64,000 nucleotides of DNA from the NCBI GenBank assembly GCA_938017985.1, contig CALIKS010000001.1, positions 277,348 through 341,347 of the forward strand, read 5' to 3'. Of this stretch, positions 63,514 to 64,000 are shown piece by piece (within the stretch, counting starts at the first letter, position 1; each line of letters starts with the position of its first letter). Source of the DNA: an uncultured archaeon. Lineage in GTDB: Archaea; Thermoproteota; Nitrososphaeria_A; Caldarchaeales; Calditenuaceae. Made by a program: the position numbers and the translations under genes. The notes below the pieces were generated by a model. It worked only from the letters and a program-made list of their open reading frames with translations. It had not been told where the DNA came from and ran no database searches.

Positions 63514-64000
63514 TTAACGAGTCGATGGTCTCTTCCTAAGGTATAGATACGTAGTGATGGCGGTCAAGAAAAACACGGTTATCGGCACTAGAATACTAAT
63601 TACTGCTCCGCCCAGGATAGATGAGTAGTTAATAGATACGTATAGGGATATGGATGTAGGAAGAAATACGAGTAGGAGGACGGCGAGTAAAAATCTCCTG
63701 AACTGCTGAGACGCTAGCAATATTTTCGCAGAGCCTATCCAGCTGTCCTTAATCCTGACATCAATCGCGAATCCATCTTTCCTGCGAGATAGTCTATTCG
63801 AGAGTTCTTCCAGCAAGACCGGGTCTGAGGCGCCGTAGCCGTCTCGACAGATTATTCCCACTTGTTCTGAGTCTCTAACTATGTGTATTACTGGAGGCGT
63901 GACGATGGTTTTTAATCCTAGGATCTTAGCCACCCATTCAATCTCAAGCCTGAGCTTAGGGTCTATCTCGATCCCTAATTTCGAGTCGCTGTAACCAATG
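63514..64000 (-). CDS. hypothetical protein with a C-terminal double-TM anchor; 5' end probably outside the window
   Basis: The ORF track starts at GTG 63933, but the frame stays open to the window edge (…IGYSDSKLGIEIDPKLRLEIEWVAKILGL…). No motif recognised. Confidence 0.35.
   Translation of the reverse strand, partial: IGYSDSKLGIEIDPKLRLEIEWVAKILGLKTIVTPPVIHIVRDSEQVGIICRDGYGASDPVLLEELSNRLSRRKDGFAIDVRIKDSWIGSAKILLASQQFRRFLLAVLLLVFLPTSISLYVSINYSSILGGAVISILVPITVFFLTAITTYLYLRKRPSTR

Noticed and set aside
1-64000. CRISPR arrays, cas genes, IS elements, rRNA genes
   Set aside because: Reading all intergenic regions showed no regularly spaced direct repeats, no terminal inverted repeats flanking a transposase-like ORF and no rRNA-like sequence.

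Overview
This is a densely coding 64-kb chromosomal fragment from an archaeon, probably a thermophilic TACK/Thermoproteota-like lineage. The archaeal assignment rests on ribosomal protein S25e, S15 (S13e type), RNase P Rpp21, KEOPS Cgi121, AglB/STT3, PAC2, a RadB-like ATPase, Trm5, and three tRNAs with very GC-rich stems, one of which has a canonical 37/38 intron. There are no rRNA genes, CRISPR arrays, transposases or integrases. Main blocks: (i) 0-7.3 kb holds housekeeping genes (UppS, M24 peptidase, DnaJ, APC permease). (ii) 7.4-15.7 kb holds one translationally coupled 11-gene operon. It encodes a maturation endopeptidase plus a membrane-bound [NiFe] hydrogenase whose subunits follow complex-I order (NuoA-B-C-D-H-I-J-K-L-N homologues). 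The NuoD-position subunit keeps all four Ni-Fe cysteines. (iii) 16.4-23.0 kb is a markedly more GC-rich block next to tRNA-Ser. It carries a Tat-exported molybdopterin oxidoreductase in ttrBCA-like order, a TorD-like chaperone and a convergent ACR3 arsenite pump, followed by DnaK. (iv) 25-47 kb holds mixed translation, proteostasis and biosynthesis genes. These include S25e, Trm5, SufC, an M1 aminopeptidase with HEAT repeats, Rpp21, PDO, PAC2, Hsp20, TrpEG, a CimA-type synthase, a CopA-type ATPase, a tandem ThyX-like protein, a Memo-like protein, a large radical-SAM protein and a RadB-like ATPase. (v) 47.6-63 kb holds AglB, an aminotransferase, tRNA-Cys and tRNA-Leu, a sugar ABC importer, a Gfo/Idh/MocA oxidoreductase, an MFS transporter, a NAD-kinase-wHTH fusion, a MoaD-like Ubl coupled to Cgi121, S15, and an isolated cysteine-less nuoB-nuoC-(small TM ORF)-nuoD stub. 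The most notable items are the complex-I-ordered hydrogenase together with the separate nuoBCD stub, the fused pseudo-dimeric ThyX-like protein, the Ttr/Psr/Arr-type reductase island, two candidate C/D-box sRNAs, and two adjacent biosynthetic genes whose conserved N-termini lie upstream of any canonical start codon. All functional calls come from motif recognition by eye. No database search was run.
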